From: Sphagnum compactum | Taxonomy: Eukaryota | DNA length: 64,000 nucleotides | Reading direction: 5' to 3' | Assembly (NCBI GenBank): GCA_965153455.1 | Contig: OZ234493.1 | Coordinates: 29,006,213 to 29,070,212 of the forward strand | In this document: in pieces, positions 25,201 to 35,634 of the stretch | How positions within the stretch are numbered: position 1 is the first letter of the stretch | How the letters are laid out: every line of letters starts with the position of its first letter | The notes under the pieces: model-generated | Told to the model about the DNA's origin: nothing | Databases searched by the model: none | Seen by the model: only the letters and a program-made list of their open reading frames with translations | Made by a program: the position numbers and the translations under genes

Positions 25201-26682
25201 TTATTGCAGTTGTCCTAAAACTGACATGCTTGAGATGGATTTGCCAGTTAGAGATAAAGAGTTTTTCACAACGTGCATGCTATTCTTTACCACTTGCCAG
25301 ACAACCCAAGCAAAAGCAACCCACCCTGCAAGCAAAACAATGATTGGATGAAAATGCATGCTATAGGCTTCCCTGACATATTACACTGAGCACTACCATG
25401 AGAGAGACAAGTGGCTCTTGTCTATTTTTCTCCCATGAAGTCATGGCAAGCCTAAAGATTGCTTAGAAAAAGCTCTTAGTCAAAAAAATCCTGGTGGTTG
25501 CCACATTTTGGCCAAATTTTGGCTCTAAGAGAGGGTTCAGCAGTTCAAACCTGTGACCAAAAGCACCACAAATGTGCACATGACTGCAGTTGTCCCTATG
25601 GCAAATGCAGCCACAGTTAGAACTCCAACATAGATGAGTGTTAGTGATGTGAAGAGGGCTGTGAATGTGCCCACAGCTGACGCAAACATCAGCAATTCAA
25701 TGACAATGGCATTGGCTGTGGCTAAGAGAAGGAACAGGGTGAATAAAACAAATCCTGTCAGTGCAATGAGTAGTACTAGTCCCAGCAGCAACCAGTTGCA
25801 GCAACCACCACCACCCAAAGAGAAAGAAAAGGAGTCAGGAACATCAGTGCATAACATGATCAATCATGCCATAGCTTGCAAGCCAAATCAAGAACAACAA
25901 CCCACCATGAATGTAGGTGTATGCCTGCCCTGATGAAAGATGGACATCATCATAACTACAAAATCCACAAGTGTTACCAAAACTACCTGGGGGACATAAA
26001 ACAGTTAGGGGTTTCAGGGTTTTCACCTCTTTGAGGCCTTTAGTCACTGCAAAATTGTGTTGTAAAACAAAGATTGAACTTGGCCACAAAAGACTCCTGA
26101 CATGAAATGATCAAGGAGGGGCCATCAAATTCAACACAAGTTGCAATCCACTTCATGCACATTTTCCAAGGGTTTAAACCATTCTGACCAAATCAACAAG
26201 GACAAAGGAGCTCAGGAAACATGATGTGTGAGGAGAGATTGGAACAATGACAGATTGACATATTTCAAATCTCCGGGAAGAGAGACAAGAGACAGAGACA
26301 TGTAGGACAGAGACAGAGAAATCCCTGCACACATGTTCCCGGTAAGAGTAGTGAAAGCACATAGCACTCTTGCAAGCAAGGCAAGATGAAGGTAAAGAAA
26401 CACAGGGAAAGAGGAAGAGGAGCTCACAGAAGAGAAAAACAAGCTGCGCCAGAATCCACCCTGATTCATCCAGATCATGATATCGGAAGACACATGGCGT
26501 ACAGCCTTGTCCACGCGAGGCCCCTTGGTGCGAACCACGGCTTACGTCCACTCCAGCTGAGACGACGATTGCTGTTTTCCGTCATTCTAGAGGCAACCTC
26601 CGATCTCGTAAGCCAGTTCCTTCACCACATCCACCACGCTTTCCCTTTCTGCCCTCCATCTTGGAGCTCCAAGCTTTCGCAT
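25201..26682 (-). pseudogene. LDIP: LDIP (LDAP-interacting protein; promethin/LDAF1-like lipid-droplet protein) homolog, apparently disabled; exons ~26682-26428, ~25785-25551, 25325-25201
   Basis: The spliced translation ..VSSDIMIWMNQGGFWRSLFFSS|LGLVLLIALTGFVLFTLFLLLATANAIVIELL..FTALFTSLTLIYVGVLTVAAFAIG..TG|WVAFAWVVWQ..SLSLTGKSIS resembles the plant LDIP hydrophobic domain. Exon 1 has in-frame TAG (~26587-26589) and TAA (26542-26544), and exon 2 has no in-phase AG acceptor. Confidence 0.72.
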
Positions 26683-26849
26683 GTTTCCCTTCTTCTTTGT
26701 AGAGTTCTCACCAGCTGTTGTTGCTGAAACCTTAACCCTAACCCTAAATCTTCACCCTAGGAAGTTAAGAACCCTAACAGTGGAGCCTTTCCCAAACTAA
26801 GAGGTATCATTTGGTAATTTCAGTGACCATGATTTGTTGGAGCAAGTTT

Positions 26850-27940
26850 AGGTGGGACAACTAGGACAATTTCAAGCTTGAATCTCTTTTAACCCATTCC
26901 CAAGTAAAGAGACATGGGAAAATGTCAGTTGGTACTTGCAAATTTTCTTTTTCCCAACACCATATTCATGAGCTTTCAATACTAAAGTAAGCATGATGTT
27001 GAGATTGGGTGATACAAATATGAAGAGGCAACAACTCAATTGGTGGATATTGGATGTTAAAGTGGAAAGAAGCAAAATGTGTACACCTTTTTGCCATAAG
27101 CTAGTTCTTTGGAAATGGGACTCCTTACAAGAAGAATCATTGAGTTTAGATTCGATTTATCGAGGATTTAGTGTTGTTTGTAGCAAAGATGAATGAAATT
27201 TTGTTTATTATAAAGAGTCCGTTTTTCATTGATTGTTCATGTGAGAGAATGGGAATGTTTCGTCCTCTTCTCGCAAAGCACTTGTGCAAGAACATAAACA
27301 TGCATTGTTGTCCAAGACAATGGAAAGGTAGGTGTTCCTTGCTCTTGGAGATTGTGCAACTACCACCATTACAATTTGACTTGTGAATGTTTAGGATAAG
27401 ATTTGACACTTTTGCATTGTTAGTGAATTCCATTAACAAGAAATGAGTGTCTTAAATGCGCATTATTGTTGGGTTATTTGAAGCCTCAAACATTTCAAAG
27501 TTAACCCCAGGTGAACAAGTGGACTCCTTTTTAGCAAAGTTTAATCTTACTAATAAAATCCTTACTTGTATGAAGGATGAAGTTAAGAATTTGACCACAC
27601 ACTTGCTACTACCATGCCTGATGTTGGTTCATACACACCATTGGACCTTCAAAAGTGCTTTATGCACATGTTTGTTTTGAACATATAATATCAAAGGCCT
27701 ATCAAAATATGACATCAAATGACAACTTTGTCTTGGCAAGAAGGAAGTGTTTTTTTAAAAGGCATATTCATATTTGCGAAAAATTATCACTTGGATTAAA
27801 AAGTCAAAGAAAAGTAGGTATGAATAAAATTTTGCATGTGTTGAAATTGGTTTGTGAAGCATATGGTAGCTCAAATCTTTCAATGTTGTTTTCTATGTTA
27901 AATGTGTCTCATGTTGAATGTGAATTATGCGTAGATTAAC
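26850..27940 (+). mobile_element. Truncated hAT transposase relic
   Basis: IIVGLFEASNI..LAKFNLTNKILTCMKDEVKNL..CF*HIISKAYQ..KIITWIKKS parallels the hAT relic at 37618-38046 (IIGLFKATKTTGQ..KDERSNL..CFGHASFKTCQ..ICITWPKKSGK). Confidence 0.7.
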
Positions 27941-28075
27941 TTTTTTTTTTAAAATCTACTAAACATTTATACCAGTGTTGGGCGAGTATTAGAAAAGAGG
28001 TGAGAATTGACCAAGGTTTCAAGCTGATTCTTGTTAGAAATACTATTCGTTTCTAATTCTCAATATTGATGAATG

Positions 28076-28482
28076 TGTTAAACATTCATCAAAAGGATGA
28101 ATAGTATTCACATCCTTGTAGTAGTTAGGTTAGGGTTTAGAAGTGGAGACTACTTAGGGTTTGGCGGCGGCTAGGGTTAGGGTTTGGTGGCGGCTAGGGT
28201 TAGGGTTTGGCGGCGGCTAGGTTAGGGTTAAGTGGCGGCTACTTTAGGGTTAGGAGATAGTATATAATGGTGTGGTTTTGAGTTGTCTTTCATTCTTTCC
28301 TTTCATGGTTTTTAGTGCACATAGAACCTTCATGCTTTGTTAGTTGTTGCAAGCCATAGTTTTGTGATTGCATCATTTGAAAGCATATAACCTTTGTATT
28401 GTTCTTGTTGGTTAATACAATTGTTCCATTTCATGAACCTTGAGTGTTACATTTCTTGCTTGTTTTCAAGTTATTTCCAATA
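28076..28482 (+). repeat. 5' LTR of the Ty1/copia element (~407 bp)
   Basis: Begins TGTTA and ends ...CCAATA (TG..CA decayed) immediately before the PBS. TATA-like tatataa at 28261. Contains telomere-like repeats. Confidence 0.7.
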
Positions 28483-28495
28483 GGTTATGGGCCCA
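28483..28495 (+). promoter_or_regulatory. Primer-binding site GGTTATGGGCCCA (internal, half-molecule tRNA-iMet priming type)
   Basis: Matches the Drosophila copia/Ty5 (hemivirus)-type PBS, complementary to the anticodon-arm region of initiator tRNA-Met. Confidence 0.8.
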
Positions 28496-29044
28496 CACCA
28501 AGCAAGAGAAAAAACATTGTGTTAGAACAAGAAATAGTGAAAGGTTTTGAGTTTCTATTGCATTGATAAAGGGAGAGAATCTTTTTGAGACACGGAGTTT
28601 TTGTTTGCAAAGTAAGTGGGAGTTCATTTCCAAGTGGTGGCATACAAGGAGCTTACAACTATTCCAAGTGAGTGGGAGGCGTGGAAGAGATTTCTTCAAG
28701 GTGTTGTAAGTTCTCAAGCGTGGAAGAGTGTTCTTCAAGTTTTTAAGTTTCAACTTTTAAGTTCAAACTGTGTGGAAGAGAGTTCTTCAAATTGTTGAGG
28801 GTTTCAACGTTAAGATTTGAGAAAGTGTGGAAGAGAGTTCTTCGAGTTGTTGAAGAATTTCAACATTCAAGTTTCAAGTTTGTGCAAGAAAGTTTCAAGT
28901 GTTTGAAGGTTTCTTGTAAAGGTTTTGCTTTATGACATATAGCAATTGGGTGGGAGAGATTTCAAGTGAGGTATTCGAACATTAGCAAGTTTTTCATTTT
29001 CAAATTTTCCCACTTCCTTTTCCTTTGAATAGAAAACACATAGA

Positions 29045-32000
29045 GTGTTTGCATTTGTGAAACCCCAAATGTCATCCTTCCAAATGGAGTCTTTGAAAGT
29101 CATGGAGAAGTTTGATGGTGGCAACTTTCACCTTTGGAAGTTCAAGATGCGCATGATGCTTTCTAAGCACGGGCTTTGGAAGTTTGTTGATGGGAGTGCA
29201 ACAATTCCCCATGATGAAAATCAAATCACGGATTATAACGAAAAGGCGACCAAGGCATTTGCACTACTTTGTGAACATCTCATGGATGCACAACTTGCAC
29301 ACATTCAATATTGCGAAAATGTCAAAAGCGCTTGGGAAACACTTTGCGGTGTCCACGAAGCCAAGACCATTGGAAACAAGTTGTTTCTTCGAAGGAGGTT
29401 CTTCACCATCAAAATGCAAGAAGGGGAGGACTTGCTTGCGCACATCAACATGGTGAAGGCGCTTGCGGATCAATTACGTTCCATTGAGGTGAACATTGAA
29501 GATGAAGACGTCTACATGGTACTCCTCATGAGCCTTCCTCCATCTTTTGATAACTTGGTCACGAATTTGGAGTCCATGTCAACCAAGGATGTTGACCTTC
29601 AATTCATCGTCGCTCGATTGCTTCATGAGGTTTCCAAAAGAAAAGAAAGTGAAAGTAAAGAGAATGCCGCATTGCTTAACAAAACCCATAAGGCAAATGA
29701 AAAGCTTTGCTTTTATTGTAAAAAACCTGGACACTTTGTGAAGAATTGTTTGAAGAAGAAGAGTGATGAGAAAGAAAAAGTAAACCAAGCTTGTGATGAT
29801 CAAGAACAAATGTTTGTTACCGCCTTGAGTGCTAATGATCATGCGAGAAACGATTGGATCATCGATTCGGGCGCAACGCAACACATGACGTTCGAACGAG
29901 AGTGGTTCACCACTTACGAATCCATTGTTGCACGAAAGGTGTACATGGGAGATGACACCATTTTGGAGGCCATTGGCAAAGGGAACATCAAGGCCACAAT
30001 GCAAGTTGGAGGTAAAATGTTGCCTAGAACCATCACACAAGTTCTTCATGTTCCGAAAATGAAGAATAGTCTCATTTCCGTTAGCAAACTCATTTCGGAG
30101 GGCTTGAAAGTGGAGTTTGACAAGGATGGTTGTAAGGTCAACAATGTCCATGGAACCGTTGTGGCGCAAGCACGAAGGGAGAAGAACTTGTATCTTCTCA
30201 ACGTCAATGTTCGAAAGGAGAGTGCGAATGTGGCAAAGTCTTCGAATGAAGGAGCTACGCTTTGGCACCAAAGACTCGGCCACCTCAACATGGCGAGTCT
30301 TAAGAAGTTGGAGAATATGGTCAATGGCATGAATTTGAAAGAAGTGCCATTGCACCATGTGTGTGAAGCTTGCATTGAAGGCAAACATCAAAGGACATCT
30401 TTTCATAAAGATGAAGCAAGTAGGGCTTCCAAGCTTTTGGAAATAGTGCATAGTGATGTGTGCGGACCGATGAAGACCACATCTCATGGTGGAGCACGAT
30501 ACTTTGTCACCTTCATCGACGACTTTTCGAGAAAAACTCATGTTTACCTTTTGAAAGCGAAAGGAGAAGTGTTCGACAAATTCAAGGCGTACAAGGCCTT
30601 AGTGGAGAATCAAACCGACATGAAGATCAAAACCTTGCGTTCCGACAACAGAGGAGAATTTGTGTCCAAAAAGTTTGATGACTTTTTGCATGAATGTGGA
30701 ATCGAACGTCAAACAAGTGCACCTTACACACCACAACAAAATGGAGTTGCGGAACGAGCCAATAGGACCATCATGGAATGCGCTAGAAGCATGATTCGTG
30801 CACAAGGACTTGACTTGGAGTTTTGGCCGGAGGCGGTGAACACGGCGGTTTACATCAAGAATCGATGCCCAACTAAAGCTCTTGATTCAAAGACCCCACA
30901 AGAAGCGTGGACCGGTATAAAGCCGGATGTATCTCATTTGAGAGTTTTTGGTTGCAAAACATTTGCACACATTCCAGATGAAAAGAGAAGCAAATTAGAG
31001 TCCAAATCCATACCTTGTGTGTTTCTAGGGTATTGTGAAGGGACCAAAGCATATCGCTTAATGTGTCTAGAAACCAAGAAGATCATTAAGAGTCGAGATG
31101 TTGTGTTCCTTGAAGGGACGGAAGAAGTAGAAGGTGTTCGTGATAAGAGACCCCTTTCAAACCAAATAGAACACCTTGTTGTGGATGAAGTCGATGAACT
31201 TGTGAAGGATGTTAATCTTATATCTTTGAAGGCAAGACCAACGGAAGACGTGGAAGGTGATGAATCTACAACAAACTCTTCTTCGGAAGAAGAATTTGCT
31301 TCATCACAAGATGAGGGTTTGAATGAACCACAACAAGATGGACGAAGAGAAAGGCCCCAAAGACAACGTAAGGAGTGGCCTCGTGATTGGTGGGTGGCCA
31401 CCAAAGAGTTGGAACGAGCCACCATGGCATTTTCGGAAGAACCCCAAACCGTGGAAGAGGCGTTGAATGGCGAAGATGCAAAGAAGTGGGAGATTGCCAT
31501 GCAAGAAGAATACGAGTCTCTTCTTGTCAACAACACTTGGTCCTTGGTGCCACTCCCCAATGGTAGAAAACCCATTTCTTGCAAATGGGTGTTCAAAATC
31601 AAACATGGGGTCGATGGTGAAGTCGAACGGTACAAGGCGAGACTTGTGGCAAGAGGTTTCACCCAAACATTTGGAGTCGATTACAATGAAACTTTTGCAC
31701 CCGTTGCAAAGTTTGTGTCAATTCGTTGTATCCTTGCACTAGCGGCCATTGAAGACATGGAGATTCATCAAATGGACGTCAAAACCGCATTTCTCAATGG
31801 TGACCTTGAGGAGGAAATCTACATGGAGCAACCCGAAGGATTCACACGTGAAGGTCAACATCTTGTGTGTAAGCTTCACAAGTCATTGTATGGCTTGAAA
31901 CAATCTCCAAGGGCTTGGAACCAAAAACTAGACGCTTTCTTGAAAAGCATCGAGTTTACGAGGAGTGATGCGGACTTTAGTGTCTATGTTGCGCAAGTGG

Positions 32001-32869
32001 AGGATGTGAAATTTTTCATCGTCGTCTACGTGGATGATCTCATCTTGGTGTGCAATGATAAGGATAAGCTTTTGCAAGTGAAGGAAGAACTTTCTCGAAA
32101 GTTTGAAATGAAGGATCTTGGTGATTTGCATTTTTTCCTTGGCATGGAAGTGGAAAGAGATCGTGCACAACGTCTTCTTTACATCAACCAAATTGGGTAT
32201 CTCAAGGAGATTCTCAAACGCTTTCGCATGGAGGATTGCAAAGCCATCGGAGTGCCACTTGATCCCAAGACGAAGTTGAAGAAGAATATGAACAAGGATG
32301 ATCAAATGGTGAAGGTTCCTTATCAACAAGCTGTGGGATCCTTGATGTATGCCATGTTGTGTACTCGACCCGATTTGGCATACCCAATAAGCGTAGTGAG
32401 TCAACACATGGCCAATCCAAGCCTAGAACATTGGATTGCGGTGAAGCGCATTTTTCGATACTTGCAAGGCACATTGCAATTCAAATTACGCTTCGGAGGA
32501 TTATCACCCCAAAATGTGGTCGGATATTGTGATGCGGATTGGGCCGGTGACCTTGAGGATAGGAGATCCACCACAGGGTTTGTATTCATGATGGGAGGTG
32601 GAGCCATTTCGTGGAATAGCAAACGACAACCCACAATCGCTTTGTCAACAACGGAGGCCGAATACATGGCAAGTACACAAACTACCAAGGAAGCCATATG
32701 GATGACAAAGTTCATGAAAGAATTAGGGTACATAAAAGAGAAGAAGGCGATGGTGATTCGATGTGACAACCAAGGTGCAATATCATTGACGAAGAATCCC
32801 ACGCAACATGCTCGAACAAAGCACATTGATGTTCAACATCACTTTGTTCGAGAACGAGTTGAACCTTGA
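29045..32869 (+). CDS. Ty1/copia gag-pol polyprotein (gag, CCHC, protease, GAG-pre-integrase, integrase, RT, RNase H truncated at the C-terminus)
   Basis: Uninterrupted 1274-codon ORF; first ATG at 29069. Motifs: CFYCKKPGHFVKNC, WIIDSGATQHM, LWHQRLGH..CEAC, HSDVCGP..SDNRGEF..QQNGVAERANR, YKARLVARGF, YVDD, YCDADWAG, STTEAEY, RTKHIDVQHHFVRE. It ends before the terminal ADxLTK motif. Confidence 0.97.
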   Translation: MFAFVKPQMSSFQMESLKVMEKFDGGNFHLWKFKMRMMLSKHGLWKFVDGSATIPHDENQITDYNEKATKAFALLCEHLMDAQLAHIQYCENVKSAWETLCGVHEAKTIGNKLFLRRRFFTIKMQEGEDLLAHINMVKALADQLRSIEVNIEDEDVYMVLLMSLPPSFDNLVTNLESMSTKDVDLQFIVARLLHEVSKRKESESKENAALLNKTHKANEKLCFYCKKPGHFVKNCLKKKSDEKEKVNQACDDQEQMFVTALSANDHARNDWIIDSGATQHMTFEREWFTTYESIVARKVYMGDDTILEAIGKGNIKATMQVGGKMLPRTITQVLHVPKMKNSLISVSKLISEGLKVEFDKDGCKVNNVHGTVVAQARREKNLYLLNVNVRKESANVAKSSNEGATLWHQRLGHLNMASLKKLENMVNGMNLKEVPLHHVCEACIEGKHQRTSFHKDEASRASKLLEIVHSDVCGPMKTTSHGGARYFVTFIDDFSRKTHVYLLKAKGEVFDKFKAYKALVENQTDMKIKTLRSDNRGEFVSKKFDDFLHECGIERQTSAPYTPQQNGVAERANRTIMECARSMIRAQGLDLEFWPEAVNTAVYIKNRCPTKALDSKTPQEAWTGIKPDVSHLRVFGCKTFAHIPDEKRSKLESKSIPCVFLGYCEGTKAYRLMCLETKKIIKSRDVVFLEGTEEVEGVRDKRPLSNQIEHLVVDEVDELVKDVNLISLKARPTEDVEGDESTTNSSSEEEFASSQDEGLNEPQQDGRRERPQRQRKEWPRDWWVATKELERATMAFSEEPQTVEEALNGEDAKKWEIAMQEEYESLLVNNTWSLVPLPNGRKPISCKWVFKIKHGVDGEVERYKARLVARGFTQTFGVDYNETFAPVAKFVSIRCILALAAIEDMEIHQMDVKTAFLNGDLEEEIYMEQPEGFTREGQHLVCKLHKSLYGLKQSPRAWNQKLDAFLKSIEFTRSDADFSVYVAQVEDVKFFIVVYVDDLILVCNDKDKLLQVKEELSRKFEMKDLGDLHFFLGMEVERDRAQRLLYINQIGYLKEILKRFRMEDCKAIGVPLDPKTKLKKNMNKDDQMVKVPYQQAVGSLMYAMLCTRPDLAYPISVVSQHMANPSLEHWIAVKRIFRYLQGTLQFKLRFGGLSPQNVVGYCDADWAGDLEDRRSTTGFVFMMGGGAISWNSKRQPTIALSTTEAEYMASTQTTKEAIWMTKFMKELGYIKEKKAMVIRCDNQGAISLTKNPTQHARTKHIDVQHHFVRERVEP

Positions 32870-34654
32870 GTTCCTTCAACTCCTCGTGGCTCATTCTATA
32901 TGGGGCTTTGGCGGGCGGTTCCACTCCCGGTATACTTCAATCGCATGATCCACTCGTCTTCTCGGGGGCAAGTTTTCGGGCAACTCTTCGGGCATCACAT
33001 CCGGGAACTCTTCCAAAACCTTCCTTATGCACTCGGCGGAAGTCACCAACTTGGTGGCTTCCTTGGGCTCATACTCATCCAACACCCGCATGACACACAT
33101 CATGCCAAAGCCCCCCACTAGTTCTCTTTCCCAAGCTTTTCCTAACATAAAGTGGATGGTTGGACCACCCACACAAGGCAACTCATGTGCCTTGACTCGC
33201 ACAATCCCACTTTTAGATGGGATTCTAACTAACCTATTATGCCCTTCAATGAGCACATTGTTTTGGGTAATGAATTCCATTCCCAAAACGCACTCCATTC
33301 CACCCAAGGTGGAAACTAACAAATCCACTTTTCCTCTCCAATTTCCCAATTGGAGAGGCACTCCCTTTGCTTGTAGTGTGGTTGGATGGGGAACCCCATC
33401 CGCGAAATGCACCTCAATGGGTGCCTTGAGCTCCTCCAAGTGGAGCTCCATCCTTTCGGCGCTCTCACGAGTTATGAAGTTGTGAGAAGCCCCTGTGTCC
33501 AAAAGACATAAAATTTCCCGCTTAGCAATCTTCCCCTTCAAGAAGATAAGTCGATTGCAATCCGGTTGGGCTAGAGTGGCATTGAGAGCAAATACCTTAG
33601 AGCTCCCCACTCCCGATTTGGATTTGGGGCAATCTTTGGAGTAGTGCCCCACTTCGTTGCAATTGAAACACGCTCCCTTGGGTTTTGCTCCAAAATCTCC
33701 CTTGGCTTGGCTCCCTTTGAAATGAGCCCCCTTCTTCACAAAGCTACCCTTTGGTTTGAACCCCGGGCCTTGGAATTGTTTTGGTTTATCCTTGGTTGGG
33801 CTACCTTGCCCCCGGTTCCATTCCCCCTCATGCCTTGGCTTTTTGTGAAAGAACTTGTTGTCCTTCTTGAACCTGGATTTGTCGCTCCGCCCCACATCCG
33901 AGAAGTTCTCCACTTTCGTGATGGCCTCGGATAATGAGGCGGGCCAACTCTCCTCAAGCTTTCGCTTGGCCCAAGTCGGAAGTCCCATCACGAATTGGCA
34001 CACACGATCCAACTCGTGCATGTGCCGGATTTCCAACATGAGTTCGGAATAGGCCCTCACATATTGCCTCAAATTTTCATTTGTGGCATTCACAAGGTCG
34101 CGGAGTTTGCACCTAGAAATGTAGTCGGAGTTTCTCGGAATGAACTCCGCCTCAATGCGATCCTTGAAAAACTCCCACGTATAGCCATGGTTCTTGCCCT
34201 CCTCTTGTCTCACCGTCCGCCACCATGTGGCGGCATAGCCTTTCAAGTAGGATTGGGCAAGCTCCACGGCGGAATTCCGTCCAACCTTGGTGGCATGGAT
34301 ATAATCATCCATTTCCGCAAGCCAAGCATCCACCACCTTACGGTCTCGGGCACCATCGAAATTTCCGGGCTTGGCCGGTTGAAACCTTTCACCTTTGGAG
34401 GCCCCCGTTTTGAGGGCCGCCACCAACTCACCAAAGTCGGGCCTATTCATCTTGAGGAGGACTTCAAGTTGCTCCGGGGTGAATAGGACCGAGCTCCGTT
34501 GTTCCTCCTCACTCTCGGGTTCAACCTCGGGCTCATCTTGGTCCTCCCGGAAGTTTGGTTCCTCCCCAATTGATTCCGGCGGGGCTACTAGGTCATCGAC
34601 GGGCTCCTCGGACCTAGGCTCTGGGGCTAGCTTCCGGTTCTTCTTGGGTGCCAT
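32855..34654 (-). CDS. Ty3/gypsy (chromovirus-like) gag-protease and start of pol; frameshifted near 32930 and truncated before RT
   Basis: Retrotrans_gag region, CFNCNEVGHYSKDC knuckle, LLDTGASHNF protease, FPDVMPEELP..PRRRVDHAIEV. It continues in another frame as EPPAKAPYRMSHEELKELKVQL. ATG at 34654. Confidence 0.93.
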
Positions 34655-34683
34655 CCCAAAAATGTCGTTGAGCTTCACCTTGA

Positions 34684-34695
34684 GCTCTGATACCA
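34684..34695 (-). promoter_or_regulatory. Gypsy primer-binding site TGGTATCAGAGC (3' end of tRNA-iMet)
   Basis: gctctgatacca on + strand, 2 nt from the LTR end. Confidence 0.92.
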
Positions 34696-34697
34696 CG

Positions 34698-35517
34698 TGA
34701 CGCGCTCCTTGGTCCCGAGGTGAACCCACTTGAGGGTTCACCAGTGTGAAGTTGCGGAATGTGGGGACCGAAGGGCATGCTCCCGACTTCCAACTCTAGA
34801 AAGGGGTAGAGGGTCGAGTTGGAAGCCCCGGGATTAGACTAGGAAGATGGACTAGTAGATCAAGCACGAATCTGCATCCAAAACCAACCACAAATGGGTT
34901 AGTTCACATTCGGGAACACCCTTGGGTGTTGGGACAAGCCACGGGCACTTTGGACTACTTGACTCACCACGGCCCGGACTTGGGGGAAGCCACCACCTTC
35001 CCCCTTATAGTTATCTCTGCAGCTCACCACGGAGGCTACATCCAAATGGCACATTTTGTTGGGACTCCCGAAATGGAGTCCCGAAACTGTCCCGGCGGGA
35101 CTCCCAAGACTTTGAACGATCATAACTCCCGATTCCGAAGTCCGATCGCAACGAGGTCTGAACCAAAGTTGTAGCCCTCGTCGAGATCTTTCCAACGCCA
35201 TGTCGCACTCCCTGAGGCGACGTCGGGAAAGGGTCGATTCCCGACTTTTAGTGGTCGGGAGTCAAATTGCCAGTTTGACTCCCGGCCCTTCTTTTGCCCA
35301 TAACTTGGGCTTCAGATGTCCAAATGGCCAATGCGAGGCCATTTTCGATATTTACGTTTCAAGACCTTTCCAATGACACCAAGAACACCCCAATGCGAGG
35401 TGTTTTGGGCCTTGCTGTCGAGCTCTGAACATTCGGGAGTCCCGGAGGACTCCAAACCTCCAACTTTTCCAAGTGTTGGGCTTCACCCCCACACTTGGAC
35501 AAAGTGGGGTTGCGACA
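34698..35517 (-). repeat. 5' LTR of the Ty3/gypsy element (~820 bp)
   Basis: Minus strand begins TGTCGCAACCCC at 35517 and ends ..GCGCGTCA next to the PBS. GC-rich, with a sharp composition boundary at 35517. Confidence 0.85.
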
Positions 35518-35634
35518 AAAGCAAAACCACCCCCTTTTTCATTCTCCATGTAAAGCAAGGTGATTAACAACTCTAAAGCATGTTTAAAGCTTAAGTTCTT
35601 TTTTTTGCTTGTTTAATCATTGTAATGATTAACA

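Noticed and set aside
26542-26589. U-to-C RNA editing or readthrough rescuing the LDIP stops
   Set aside because: Such editing is organellar, and the additional acceptor loss favours simple pseudogenisation.
26726-26780. Telomere-like CCCTAA repeats (also at 49791-49808 and 52090-52102) as interstitial telomeres
   Set aside because: Only 2-3 units each, which is typical of telo-box motifs near plant 5' regions and in introns.
28670-28915. CRISPR-like palindromic repeats with variable spacers
   Set aside because: They lie in a retrotransposon leader, the spacers share motifs and there are no cas genes. Kept only as a hairpin array.
29579-31662. Long antisense ORFs (320 aa and 242 aa) within the Copia element
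   Set aside because: Shadow ORFs of a long sense ORF, with no recognisable motifs.
32921-32940. Programmed ribosomal frameshift in Gypsy gag-pol
   Set aside because: It falls after the protease, inside the conserved DHAIE..PG..P motif, with no slippery heptamer. It is best explained as a 1-bp deletion.
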